Below are positions 14,386 to 26,700 of a stretch of 64,000 bases of DNA, one piece after another; within the stretch, counting starts at the first letter, position 1, and every line of letters begins with the position of its first letter. Below the pieces are notes generated by a model that was not told the origin of the DNA, searched no databases, and saw only the letters and a list, made by a program, of their open reading frames with translations. Source of the DNA: Styela clava (taxonomy: Eukaryota); the NCBI RefSeq assembly GCF_964204865.1, contig NC_135256.1, positions 2,852,001-2,916,000 on the forward strand, in the 5' to 3' direction. The translations under genes and the position numbers were made by a program.

Positions 14386-16653
14386 AAAATCCAATTAAAC
14401 CTGATAATACTTTGTATATTCATTTTCAAATTGAAACCGACTCAAACGGGTTTAATCTGGTTCTCAGCAAACAGGTTTTCAGTTTTGGACCAAGCTTTAT
14501 TGAAGTTGTCTGATCTAGCACAAAAACAAACATAATTTGAATTGAAAAATAAAATTTCATGAAATTTTTGGATTTCAACGTCATAGAAATAAGAGTTTAT
14601 CAACTATTCGAAGAATAGTGACAATTTAGATAGGACATGAGTTGTTACTATTAATACTAGAATGCTGTATTCCCATGGGGTCACAGTGTGGTGCCAAATG
14701 TTTTGATATGGTTTGCAAATGAGAGAGTGATTGCCAAATGCTTGAAATATTCTGAGTGATCGCAGCATGGCAGTGTCTGCCGAAGGCAAGTGTACAGAAG
14801 TTAAAGCGAGTCGTCCAGAAATATATATTTTTAGATTTCTCGAATCTTTTCCTAACTTGGCAAAAAGGGATAAAGTACTATAAATATTATTTGACAGTGA
14901 ATTAAGGTGGGCTTGTAGTGGTATGGAACTGTAACCCAACCAAAAAGAAAAATGAATTTATCCCAAAAACTGAGTTTATTTTAACCCACTGGTCAGAGCA
15001 CCAAATAATGCAGTACACATAAAGTTAGCTTACTTGAGCCTTTAACTTGGCAAAAATAGATGAGTTAGACTAAATTTGAGCTTATTTTAACACCATTAGT
15101 TAGAGCACCTAATATAAATATTATAAAATTAATCAATATTCTCTGAATTAAATTAATTTCACTTTTCGTAAATCTGCGATTATTTATAAATTAAAATCTT
15201 AATTAATCTCTTTAATATTGATTAATTAATCCTCATTATATAACTGGTGTATTAGCAATATATTAGCCTACCATACAGCACAGGACGTCTTAGTTAACAT
15301 AGGGTTTTTGATGAGTTAATATATGCAGACAGTGATACTAATATGGGTTTTAAGATTAGATATTTAGAATATTTCACTGGCACTATTCTGAATACTGTGT
15401 GAAAATTATTTTTGAATTTTGATGATACAAAAAGTGGGCGGGCTGTAGTTATTGTTTGGATTGGTTTAGTATTCTATAAACTTATATTGAATTTTGTTTT
15501 CCATCAGCAAGTTTATGGAATCGTGGCGTGGCTTTACTTAATCAAGTTGAGTTGGATGATTTTTTTTTATGACTGACTGATATCCATTGCTCAAATTAGG
15601 TGTTTTGTAAACTGAAATATTTTGAATTATGACAAAATCAACAATTTGCTATATTGGATATACCGATGCCTAATTTTAGTTTCGAATTTCACTGATTTAC
15701 ATTATTGAATTTGTCTGGTGATTCAATTCAATATTTAAATAGGGCTAATCCTCTCCCAATTATATCTTGTATTGATTCTTATAATGAACTCAAGGGGAAA
15801 GGTGATATGTCTTATTAAGGCGCAAAATTCAAATTTTGTGAACCATACCCTGCATATTATGATCATTTTATGTATTGACATTTTTGAGCTTTTTTTGCGT
15901 TCGTATACTTGTTTTTTTGTTATCTTGTGGATTTGTAAGGCCTTTATTATGCTCATTTACAAAGAAGACAGTGGTCAAATATGGACGGGGCAAAGTTGAG
16001 CTAATGTTTTAACTGTTACCTTGAGTAGTACTGTTTTTTTTGTTCAATATTAGACAAAATCTTTATTATTCGGCCTATAATTATAGAAACTTATTAATAT
16101 TTGAGATTAGGTTGATTACTATATGTAGTCTACTTCATCAGATCTCAAAACAAGAGTCCCAAAAGTTTTAAGTCTTTTTCTAATTAAAAGTGAGGTCTGT
16201 CTGATCAGTACCATCAATTCCAACTTCATTTTTTGTTGTAAACTTATTAAAACAGTCCGAAATATGGATTTTTTGACCATAGATGCGGCACGCTTAATGG
16301 ATCATTTCATCAAGCAGTTTCGCTCTACTGGATATTTTAGAAAATTTTTTGCTGATTTGCAATATCTAACATAAAATGGCTATTGTCCTGTTTTAGGCAA
16401 TAAAAAAAACAAAAGTGTCATTTTTTAAATGTTTGTAAGATTTTTCCATGGCCGAGTATATTCCTTGTATGTTGTTTGCACTCGCACGACTCAGGTATAA
16501 AGTTATGATTGGAGCAGGCTTGGCCATGTATAAGCCAACGGTAAAATGTGACCGAAGGCTGATATTATAGTTGATTCAAGCATGGCCGAGTGTGTTTCAA
16601 ATTATATTTTTATGTCTGGGGTTCCATTTATCCAAATATTATTATCTAAAAAA

Positions 16654-17061
16654 CGAAGGCAGGAGAATTTCAGAAATTTGGTAATTTGAAATTTTGTGAA
16701 CTTACATCAGCGGTTCTCCATACTTTTTTACCCCCCCCGCTTTTTAATAAAAATCAATTAATATTGCTTTTGATGGGTCATTATCAGTTATTTAATGCGC
16801 CAGACTTAATATTACAAAAACCAACAAATGATAGCAAAAAAATTGATGTATTACAGCCAAAGAATTTTCCATTATTTCACTTGGCGCTTAGTAACTTTCC
16901 TCCTAACTTAGAGCTTTAAATAGGCATCCTGTTATAGTTTAATGAACCAGACTTTTTTAAAATTGGTGTAGCCTATTCTGTAAAACAGATTTCTCTATTT
17001 TGTCTCAAACCTTTGAAAAAGAAAATTTCAGTTTACCAAATTTTAAAATTCTCCTGCCTTC
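16654..17061. mobile_element. Old MITE (inverted repeat pair)
   Basis: GAAGGCAGGAGAATTTCAGAAATTTGGTAA... is mirrored by ...TTACCAAATTTTAAAATTCTCCTGCCTTC. No TSD resolved. Confidence 0.55.
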
Positions 17062-17685
17062 TTGTTACAGCGAATATGTTATGTTCCTTTTTGTATTTTG
17101 TGTATTCTAGTCTTTATCGAATAATTATTATGAAAAAAAAAATTAATTTCACCCTCCAATTTTTGAAATGTTAGTCATGTTGAAATTTTATTGCAAAAAA
17201 TGACTGTCATTTGCCCAGTTGTAAATTCATTTTTTCATGGATGTACTTCAAATATTTTGGGCTTTAAAAAGGTTAATTATAAATAACTGTGTAACTAATT
17301 ATAATTAGTGTAAAAAGACTGTATAAAAAATTATGAGTACATTCACAATTTGGAAGCGAATTTTTTATTTAGTTTATTCAAATAACAGGCTTAATTTAGA
17401 TTCTCTTAAAAAATTTGATAAAGATATTTTGTACTCCCCACAAAATATTCATTTTTGTCGTCTTTATCGAAAAATCCCATTTTGCAATAAAATTTCGACT
17501 GATGTAATGTGTTCTGCTTTTGTGTGTTTTGGATCAGTAAAAAAATTCATTTCAATGCCATTTTTTGTTTAATTTTTAGGACGAAAATGAACTTATAGCA
17601 TTAAATTTTGGTCCAAATTGGACTGATATTAGATAAAATTAATTAAAAGTTGGTTTCTGGGAAGATCAAATTTGAAATCTGCAAT

Positions 17686-17717
17686 ATGGGAGGTGCTGTA
17701 GTGTCTCGACTAATTGT
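17686..17717 (+). CDS. REEP: REEP coding exon 1 ([11 protein letters not shown])
   Basis: 32-nt exon ending GT|gtaagt, phase 2, which fits the next exon. Confidence 0.85.
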
Positions 17718-20700
17718 GTAAGTATTATACATATTATTTATTGCTAAAATGAAGAAGCCAATAAGCCTGAAATGAAACATTTCAGAATAATTAAAATGGG
17801 AAATGTTTGTTTTACATCTATGTCTAAATAATTTTAATAGTTCATAATTTGATGTGTTAAATTCTCAATTTTATAAAGTTTTGCTGTGGGTTTTTTTCAA
17901 TTTTATCGGTATAATAAGCAATTGAAATGCCACAGAAGCTTGAATTAAATGTTTCAGAATAATAATTAAAATAAGAAATGGCTATTTTGTATAGAAGTAC
18001 GAACTGTATAACAGTTCGAATATTTTAGTCGATTAGAATTTAAATATATCCATAAGTTGAATGTTTGATTTAAGAAAAGTTCCATTTAAAAAATTATTAT
18101 TTTTTAGACAGGCATAGTTACCGACTAATGTTTCTCACTAAATTTATATGGCTATACACTTGTCAAACATATTAATAAAGTGTCGGAATGAAAGGCCACA
18201 TAAATAAATAAACAATATCTGTTGAAACTTATAGTGTCATATTTTAATGACCCCTCATTGTCAAATTTTGATGCTACTGTTGTCAAATTTTCTTAATGCT
18301 GTTATTACTTCTTTGGACTGTTACAAAATTAGCCAAGTCAGTATTGTAGTAAACAAATAGCACGCCGAGCCCTCAGGTTTCTCTCACTTTCTATATTTGA
18401 AAATATGATTTTATACAGCATTTGGTTGACTTGAATATTCTGTTTTGGCTGTCAATCCTTGTGCGTTGTCCAATAAATTTTTCCATATTAAAATTATATT
18501 TCTCAGGCTCATAGGAGGAACCCTATACCCAGCATATGAATCTTACAAAGCTGTCAAGAGCGCAAATGTCAGACAATATGTAAGTAGATGACTATAAATA
18601 ACGAATAGGACATCTTTGCTAGTCAACCTTTAGATCAGTAATTCCCAAAACACGGCCTGCGGGTTGTTATAGGCGATTTAATATGGCCCGCCGGACTTGA
18701 AAGAAATAGTTTAACCCCTATGTTTTAACTTGCCCGGAACTGGTGGTATATTTACTGGTGCCGGCTGAATCGTTTCCTTCTCCCAGTCCATGAATATCCT
18801 TCCGCTTTCAATTTTTCCTCACGTACACGGTCAATCAACTTCAGTAACCACTGCTTTAGTATTTAGTTTAAAGCAGAGGTCGGCAACCTACGGCCGGATC
18901 CGGCCCGATGAGTAATATAATTCGGCCCGTGACGCTTCACTGAATTATAGTAATAAAACAGCCCTTTGGCGATTATATTCTTTAGACTAAATTATATTAT
19001 AACCTGACAAGTATATAATTCACAATTACTCGTTTAATAAGCCTATAATTTAATTATAATTAGAAAAATGGAAACAAAACGCAGAAAAGTTGATGATAAC
19101 TGCAAAGGGTTCAATGGCGCTGAAAATATATTCAAATTGAATTTTTTGAGATACAAGAACAAAATAAATCTATATTCTATTCGAGAGATGTTTCACTGCT
19201 TGATTTTAAATATAAAAAGTATCATTTGTTCGGTTTTCAAAAATAGGTGCGACCCGCCAATGACTTGCAACCCCTAATGTTGGCCCATGAGCGAGGAAAG
19301 GTTGCCGACCCCTGGTTTAGAGATTTGTAAAATCTATCCTTAATTTGAGAGACTGTTCTGATATTTGGAATTTGCTTCTTCTGAGCTGTTTGCGTTTCAT
19401 TTTTTTTTTCTTCACATATTTTGTTAAGCAGCATCTTGTGGTGCGCGTTGTTATTTGCTATTATCATAGTTATTTGTTCATCAGAGATTGCTTACAATTT
19501 TACTAATGTACGTGAGTTTTAAACAATTCATGGGCCGGTGTTTTCCAAACTTTTGTTATCATGACCTTCTTGGCACGATCAAATTTCTTTGCAACCTCCA
19601 GGACCTAAAATAAAAATTGAGGTGAAATTTAATATTACAGAGAATATTGAAAATATATAGTAATAAAATCCACAATACCTTATTATACGAGAATGATGTT
19701 GTAAGAAGATGCTTGCATATTGCATATGGTAGTGGGTCTCTGTACTGATTCCAAATCTTTCAAATTTAATCGATATTTTGTTTTAACATAATTTGGTGTC
19801 GAAAAATATTTTTTCACAATCCCCATTGAGACCTTTCGTACCTCACGGGCCGGCGGAACCCTCAGTCTGAAGAGCCCTGCCATAGAACTTAACTTCTTTT
19901 GTCAAATAACCATAGAATAGAAATTTCACAAAACCTCCTTTTTTCAGGTCCGCTGGATGATGTACTGGGTTATATTTGCACTTTTTATCACAGTCGAAAC
20001 GTTCACAGATATTCTGTTATCCTGGCTTCCTTTTTATTATGAAATCAAAGTTGGATTCCTTATCTGGCTTCTATCACCGTATACTAAAGGTGCAGCATTT
20101 TTATATAGAAAGTAAGTATTCTTATCTGTTGAATTTTATATTTTCATCTTATCAAATTGAATTTTTACTGATATGCATTTATTGGACTCCCGTAGTATAT
20201 GTACTGGGACAAATACAAATTAGGGTTAGGCCATAATTCTATCCTGATTTTCCTTAAGCTTTCCGTTTGAACTGAGAATATTTTAGTTTTCTTCAGAGTT
20301 TGGGGACTGTCTGTGTTAGCCAAGGGAAAATACCCTCTGCCCATAGTAAGTAAAGTAGGCGAACAAAATTAGTTACCTCCGTATTGGTAGTTGGTACTTC
20401 TGGAGTGCCGATTTATTTACCAGCGTTTACCAAGCTATGGGTCGTGAACCAAAACTGGGTCGCTTGTTTTTTCAACAAAAGCGCGAAAGTTATTGGGTTT
20501 ATTTCAGGATAAATTTTATTGTTTATTATATTTTCAGTCTTGAAGTGTTGCTTAATAGTAATTGTTATATGGGAAGTATCACAGCGTAAAATCTTGGAAG
20601 CATTCATTTTGGGACCTCCTGAAATATGCGCACCAAGATGACGCACAACCTGAACTCAGGTTGTGTACCAGGTTAGGGTTCAGGTTGTGCGACATCTTGG

Positions 20701-23700
20701 TGCGCATACTTCAGGAGTACCCTATTTTGAATACGCTATACATAATTGCCCAAAATTTTCAAAAACTCGCTGATTGCAAACAAGCAGACTTTTTTCACTA
20801 CGACAACTTTAAATTATTTCCTGTTGAAATAAAAATGACTGTTTTATATTAGTCATTTAATTTTGCTGCCATAAAAGTACTATTCTATCCAATTAAAAGA
20901 GTCCAGCTGCACACTAACACAAATGTATTTCTGTAACGTTTCATCCGACCAGAGTCAGACTTCCTCAGACAAGCAGTTTACAACAAGCGGTTGTTGTAAA
21001 CTATTCGCGTTCAGACTAAACACTATTTCCAACAAGCTGTTGTTGTAAACTGCTTGTCTGAGGAAGTCTGACTCTGGTCGGACGAAACATTACAGAAATA
21101 CATTTGTGTTAGTGTGCAGCTGGACTCTTTAATTGGATAGAATAGTCATGTTTATTCCAGCTACAGCATCCTTGCAGTATACGCATACGGATCCACTAGC
21201 ATAAAGGCATAGAGAAAAGATAGGAAGTTAGTCTCGCGCAACCTAACTCAAATTTATAAAAGTACTACGTGCCGTTTCGTGTGTGGGTATAAGAAGGTTG
21301 CAAACTGTCACTCTAATGAAATCCCAATGGATAGAAAATATTATAAGGCACCACCTAAAATCAAAATTAAAATATGACCAGCATTGAAGTCCAGACCATG
21401 GAATGTCCATTTCTATATAATGTGATATAAGCTATGGTGATATAATTAGGTGATGCATAATAACGTGAGGCTTATAATATTGAACAACACAGATTAAATT
21501 AAGCTGCATAATACTTCAGAAAAGACTAATTGATTCTATATATGCTCACTAGTAATCCTAATACGTAACATGCTACGTCTTATGATTTAATTGTCTCGTT
21601 ATTATACAACTAGAAACTATGTGGGAGTAGAATGATGCAATTTGTTCATCAATATAGTGTGTAGGTGATTAAAATTATTGGCTCATAACCATTCCCTATA
21701 TATGGCCTGTATATGGTATTGAATACCTGTACAGTGGGGGTGGGCAAGATTTTAGGACTAGAGGCCAATGCTTTTTCTTATGATACGTTTATTTTGTGCT
21801 GACGAATAAATGATGATTGATTGATTGATAGCCAGTTTTATGTCTAACAACCTGTTTTGCATATTCACAGATTTGTACATCCAACGCTATCACGTAGAGA
21901 GCCTGAAATCGACAGGTTTTTGACGTCAGCGAGAGAGCGAAGTTACGCTACGATGGTTGATGTTGGTACAAGAGGAATCAATGTCGCTGCCAATGCTGTT
22001 GTAACAGCTGCTGTGAAAGTAAGTTGAGATTGAAAAGTTTATTCGGTTTTCATTCTGAATAATAGTTCAGAATTATTCTACCATATTTTCTGAATTTACT
22101 GAAATTCGGTTTTCTGAAGTTTGGAGTACACAATTTTTGGCATTCTAGAAATGTGTGTACCAGGAAGGTAGGAGGTAGCTAATTTTGTTCACCTATTTTA
22201 TGTCAAGTTGTGTAAAGGGACTGAAACCTATTGGCAGGGGGTATATTCACTTGGCTTACACAGACAGTTCCCAAACTCATAATAGAACTAAAATGAGGAA
22301 AATTGGAATAAAATAATGTCTTAATCCTAACAGTACACACACTACGGTCTACGGCAGTACCCAATTTCCTCCAACCTTTCTCTAATCCAAATTTGAAGCC
22401 ATTAAAGCTGACTGAGAGTTTGGATTTTGCTGTAAATTTTTCTTCATTCCTATAATCATACATAAAACCGTTATATATATTTTGTATTGAAATCCACATT
22501 TTACTTTTCTCAGGGCCAAGCCGTCGTCTCAGACAGACTAAAAAGTTTTAGTGTCAATGACCTTTCAAGATTATCAGATGAAACGCCAATTCATTCAATG
22601 AATCCTACTAACTACAATCCACCTATGCAAAGGGAACATTTACACAGGTCTCCGTTAGATCCTCAAAGATTTGAAAGAAGCTCTCAACACCCGCAATCTC
22701 AAAGTGCAATGCAAACAGAAATTCAATACAGACATTCTGCTGAGCAGGGTAGGTATATGCAAGAATGTGTACTCCTGTAGTGTGTGTACTAGGTTAGGGT
22801 TAGGCCATAAGTTTATTCCGATTTTCCTTATTTTAGTTCCATTATAAGTTCGGGGACTGTCTGTGTTAGCCAAGTGACCCCCCTGCCCATAGGTTTCGGT
22901 CCCATTACACAACTTGATTGAAAATTAGGCGTACAAAATTAGTTACCTTCATATTGGTACACATACTTCTGGAGCGCCCAGGAATGTCCAAAAGCGAATA
23001 TCTCACTATTTCGAATACATTCTCAAATGGGATCATGTTCTTGTGAGAAATCATAAAGCCTCATCTTCAAGATCTCGTCTAAAACTGCACAAATCTAAAA
23101 TGTCATTGTTTTCTGAGTTGTTTCTTACCAGTTGAGATATCGTACGCTTTGATATCTTGTCTGACAGCTCAAATTCACTAATTTCTGTTAGATGAAAATG
23201 TTCTAAATTATTCTTAAATTCAAAATTTTACTTTGTGGAATATATTGAAGTTTGAATGTTTTCTATAATCTGCAATTCGTTTTCCACATCTCTGAGTATA
23301 GAGGGTAAAGTATTTCATGATTCATTTTGTGTGGGAGGAAATCTGAAGGCTTCATCGTATGGCCACAATGGATGTTTCCCCGACCCTTGACCTCAGAAGA
23401 TTCTTCCTATACTTCACTATGCAAAATTTTGTATGCTTATTTTAAAACTATTTTGGAGAGTTGGTGCTTATAAACTGGTGTACATGTTCAAAATCATTAT
23501 TCAAGTTTTTAAGCGCATGCCACTTGTAGGTACTGACAGCTAATTTTAGCCCAGTCCCGCAGCATTTGCGGGACAAATTTTGGGGCTCCCGAAGTATGCG
23601 AACCAAGATGGCGGACATCGGAACGTAACATGGGTAACAGGTTAGGGTTAGACGATAATTTTTTTCCAATTTTCCGTATTTTAGTCCTATTATCAGTTCG

Positions 23701-26700
23701 AAGACTAGCCAAGAGCCTCTCGTAGTATTTATACCTAAAATTATGGCCTAGCCCTAACCTAGTACACATATTACATTCCGATGTCCGCCATCTTGGTTCG
23801 CATACTTCGGGAGCCCCCAAATTTTAGATTATTGAAACTCAACTAAAGCAATCCGAGCAACATAAGGACAATTAAATTCCTTGATTCACAACTACTTTTT
23901 GAAAACTTAACTAAAAACTGGCAAATAATACGCAAAACAACAGAAAACATGTCAATGTCTACAACCATGCTTGATTTGTTACATCATTATTGACTTATTG
24001 CTGATCGACCATTGTTACGGAAGTAAACAAGAAAATGCTTGAGGAAACATCCATCACTTTTTCTTGTCAAGTTCATGGTCAATGTCAAGTATGGAAATTT
24101 CATAATATATAACTAAGAAAGCCGCGAGTAACATCCGCTGTGTGCACTCCAGGACAGCCAGCTGGATTTTAATGAAATAAGATTTTTATTGGTCCCAGAA
24201 GAGAGAATATAAAACAGTTTTATCATATTCTAGGGAATTGCGACTCCCAGCTTCGGGGCCCGCCAAGGGGGCCACAGAGCTGTCGAAGTGGGGCCACAAG
24301 CTCACAATGCTAGTCGCGGAACTGATTTCATCTTTTCCTTGACAAGAAAAATCTCCGTTCCTACTAGTTTCATTGCTTGATAAGGTTATTTCACAGAGTG
24401 TTTTCACATTGTTGAGCATAAATTGTTTGAGCATAATGGGCTTTGGAATCTATCAATCAAAATAACACTATAAATACCACTGGGATGTTAAACAGGGAGC
24501 CATAAGTGCCTCAAGAAGTAGGCCACGAGCCCTAAAAGGTTGGAACCACTTTTCAGGACAATACTATGAACCATCCCATGATGGTGAAAAGTCCAGCAAT
24601 ACTTTGAATTCATATATAATTATCCCTCACATTTCATCATAAAGGAATAATTCAATCCACACTAGTAAATTTGAAATTATTTTCGAATTTTTTTTTTCAA
24701 CTTCAGCCTCAGCCATGAATAATGAGCCATATCAGATGATTCATGCACCCACAGCACCATCTAGTGGCCTTTATCCTTCTGCTCCGTCCAGTGACGGGTA
24801 CATGGTGACGGCATCAGGTGACCATGGAGGCCATATTGGTGGCCAATTCAAGGCATACTCAATGATGAATCTCTCTCAAGCAAGAGGGGATCAAGGACAC
24901 AGTAAGTAATTTGTATTGTTCTGTTAGGATAGGATTTACATATTTATCTTGGGAATAGGAAAGACGATAAGGCAGCTTAATCATATGGCGATTCGTCCAG
25001 TTACCAGTCCATGACGGGTATGGGATTAGGTAATTATTAGTTATTAAGCATGGACTTGATGGTGGAGGTGTAACCGAACTGCAGAACCACCCTACGGGCC
25101 AGCAATCTTCTTGCACACCACTATCTTGGTCTATCGGCGGTGTGACGCATCGTGCTAAGCGTTAGGAGTACGCTCGCCACCGCACCTCTGATTACCCTTC
25201 ACGGGTTCGCAGGTTCGAATCCCATGCGGGGATGATCATGTGCGAGAGGATTGCTGGACTTCTCGCCGCCGTAGGGTGGTTCACGTGACAGCTGGTCGGT
25301 TACGGCTTCCTCCACCATCAAGTCCATGCTTTCGAAAACAAAATAAATGGCTAAATAATCCCATACCCGACTTGGAATGGTAACCGGTCGAGAGGCCGTG
25401 GTTCGCCATATGATTAAGCCGTCTTATCGACTTTCCTCTCCCCCAGGATAAATATGTAGATCCTATCCTATCTCCGCGTGGGATTCGAACCCACAGAGGG
25501 TAATCTCGAGGTTCGATGGCAAGCATATTCCTAATACTTAGCATGATATGCCAAATCGCCAAGCCTGCTCTACCTAATAATATATCTGAAACTGCTTAGT
25601 CAGGGTTGACATTCATGTAGATGAATTGGTAGAAAAATCTGATCATGAGAAAGTTTGCTAAAGCAGTAACATGCATGAGCTCATGAGTAAAAAGACTTCT
25701 CTGAGCAGAGTTTTGAGTGACCACTGGAGTCACAAGAGCTACTAAACTGTCGGTAATTAAAAGTTGTGGTTGTGCACCTGTAAATATGCATGATGTGATA
25801 TTTATACATTTTATAGCTGTTCAAGCTAATTCAGTAAACAGTCATAAGATATAATCCTAAGTATGCTTGCTCTCAGCACTTTTTGGAAGTACCAGAATTT
25901 CCCTGTGCGGATGTGCTACCAAGTTTATCACACCATGGGTGAGGTGGTGGCAGTGTTCCCTCTAAGGTGTGCGCGTGCACACAGCTTTCAGAGGCTGCGC
26001 ACACGCATAGATTTACTGCGCACAGACGTATTTCGATGTAATGTAACAATGTTCTTTTTCCACCCTTTATTTGAATTAAAATAAAACCATCTGCTACAAT
26101 CAATTTCATTTATTATTTTCCATGTATGTTCATTGTTATCTACTGATAACATATAGCCTTCACTAAAGCATTTACAATCTATAGAAAAACTTATTGAATA
26201 ACCAAAATTTTCTTAATAAGCCCACTTATTATCCGGTTAGAACGTCAAAATTTCTTCATTGGTTTTTGCACAAATATTAGTCATTTCCAAAAAAGTGCGC
26301 ACACACTGAAATTTCTGCGCACACATACTACAATAATTAGAGGGAACATTGGGTGGTTGGCATCAAATTTGAAATTTGGTCATGGAATTTGAATCCAAGA
26401 ATTTAGACTTGCAATCAGCAGTTGAGTCATATTGAATTAAACTGAGAAGTAATTTAATAATTCTTCCTTCACAGCTTTAATGACCCGAACAATAGAATTC
26501 ACATCAGCACCACCAGAAACTTCTGTGGACGACTCGATGCTTCCCGACCATCATGAATACAATGTATCAGGCGATGACAGACCTTACGATACATTGCCGA
26601 GGCAGAGAAGGAAAAAGAGCAGTAAAAAAGTGAGTAAAGCTCAGTTATCAGTAGAGTTTCCACGAGACTAAATTCCGATTTATTCTCAATGCCTTTACAT

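Larger units (their letters stand above)
20883..21255. mobile_element. Non-autonomous Penelope-like fold-back element carrying hammerhead ribozymes
   Basis: Near-perfect inverted repeat of about 105 bp (about 20879-20985 vs 21040-21147) plus a tail of about 110 nt. 12-bp direct repeat ATAAAAGTACTA at 20871-20882 and 21256-21267. Each arm contains a CTGAGGA-a-stem-GAAAC hammerhead core. Confidence 0.75.

Noticed and set aside
22791-22804. TTAGGG repeats as a telomere or fusion relic
   Set aside because: Only about two units, always embedded at the same position of a MITE.
25136-25225. tRNA gene candidate (B box GGTTCGAATCCC)
   Set aside because: It is the head of a multi-copy SINE with a body and tail; no clean cloverleaf.
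25695-25760. Another hammerhead-like hairpin (CTGAGCA...TAAAC)
   Set aside because: Both core boxes deviate from consensus and there is no similarity to the element family.
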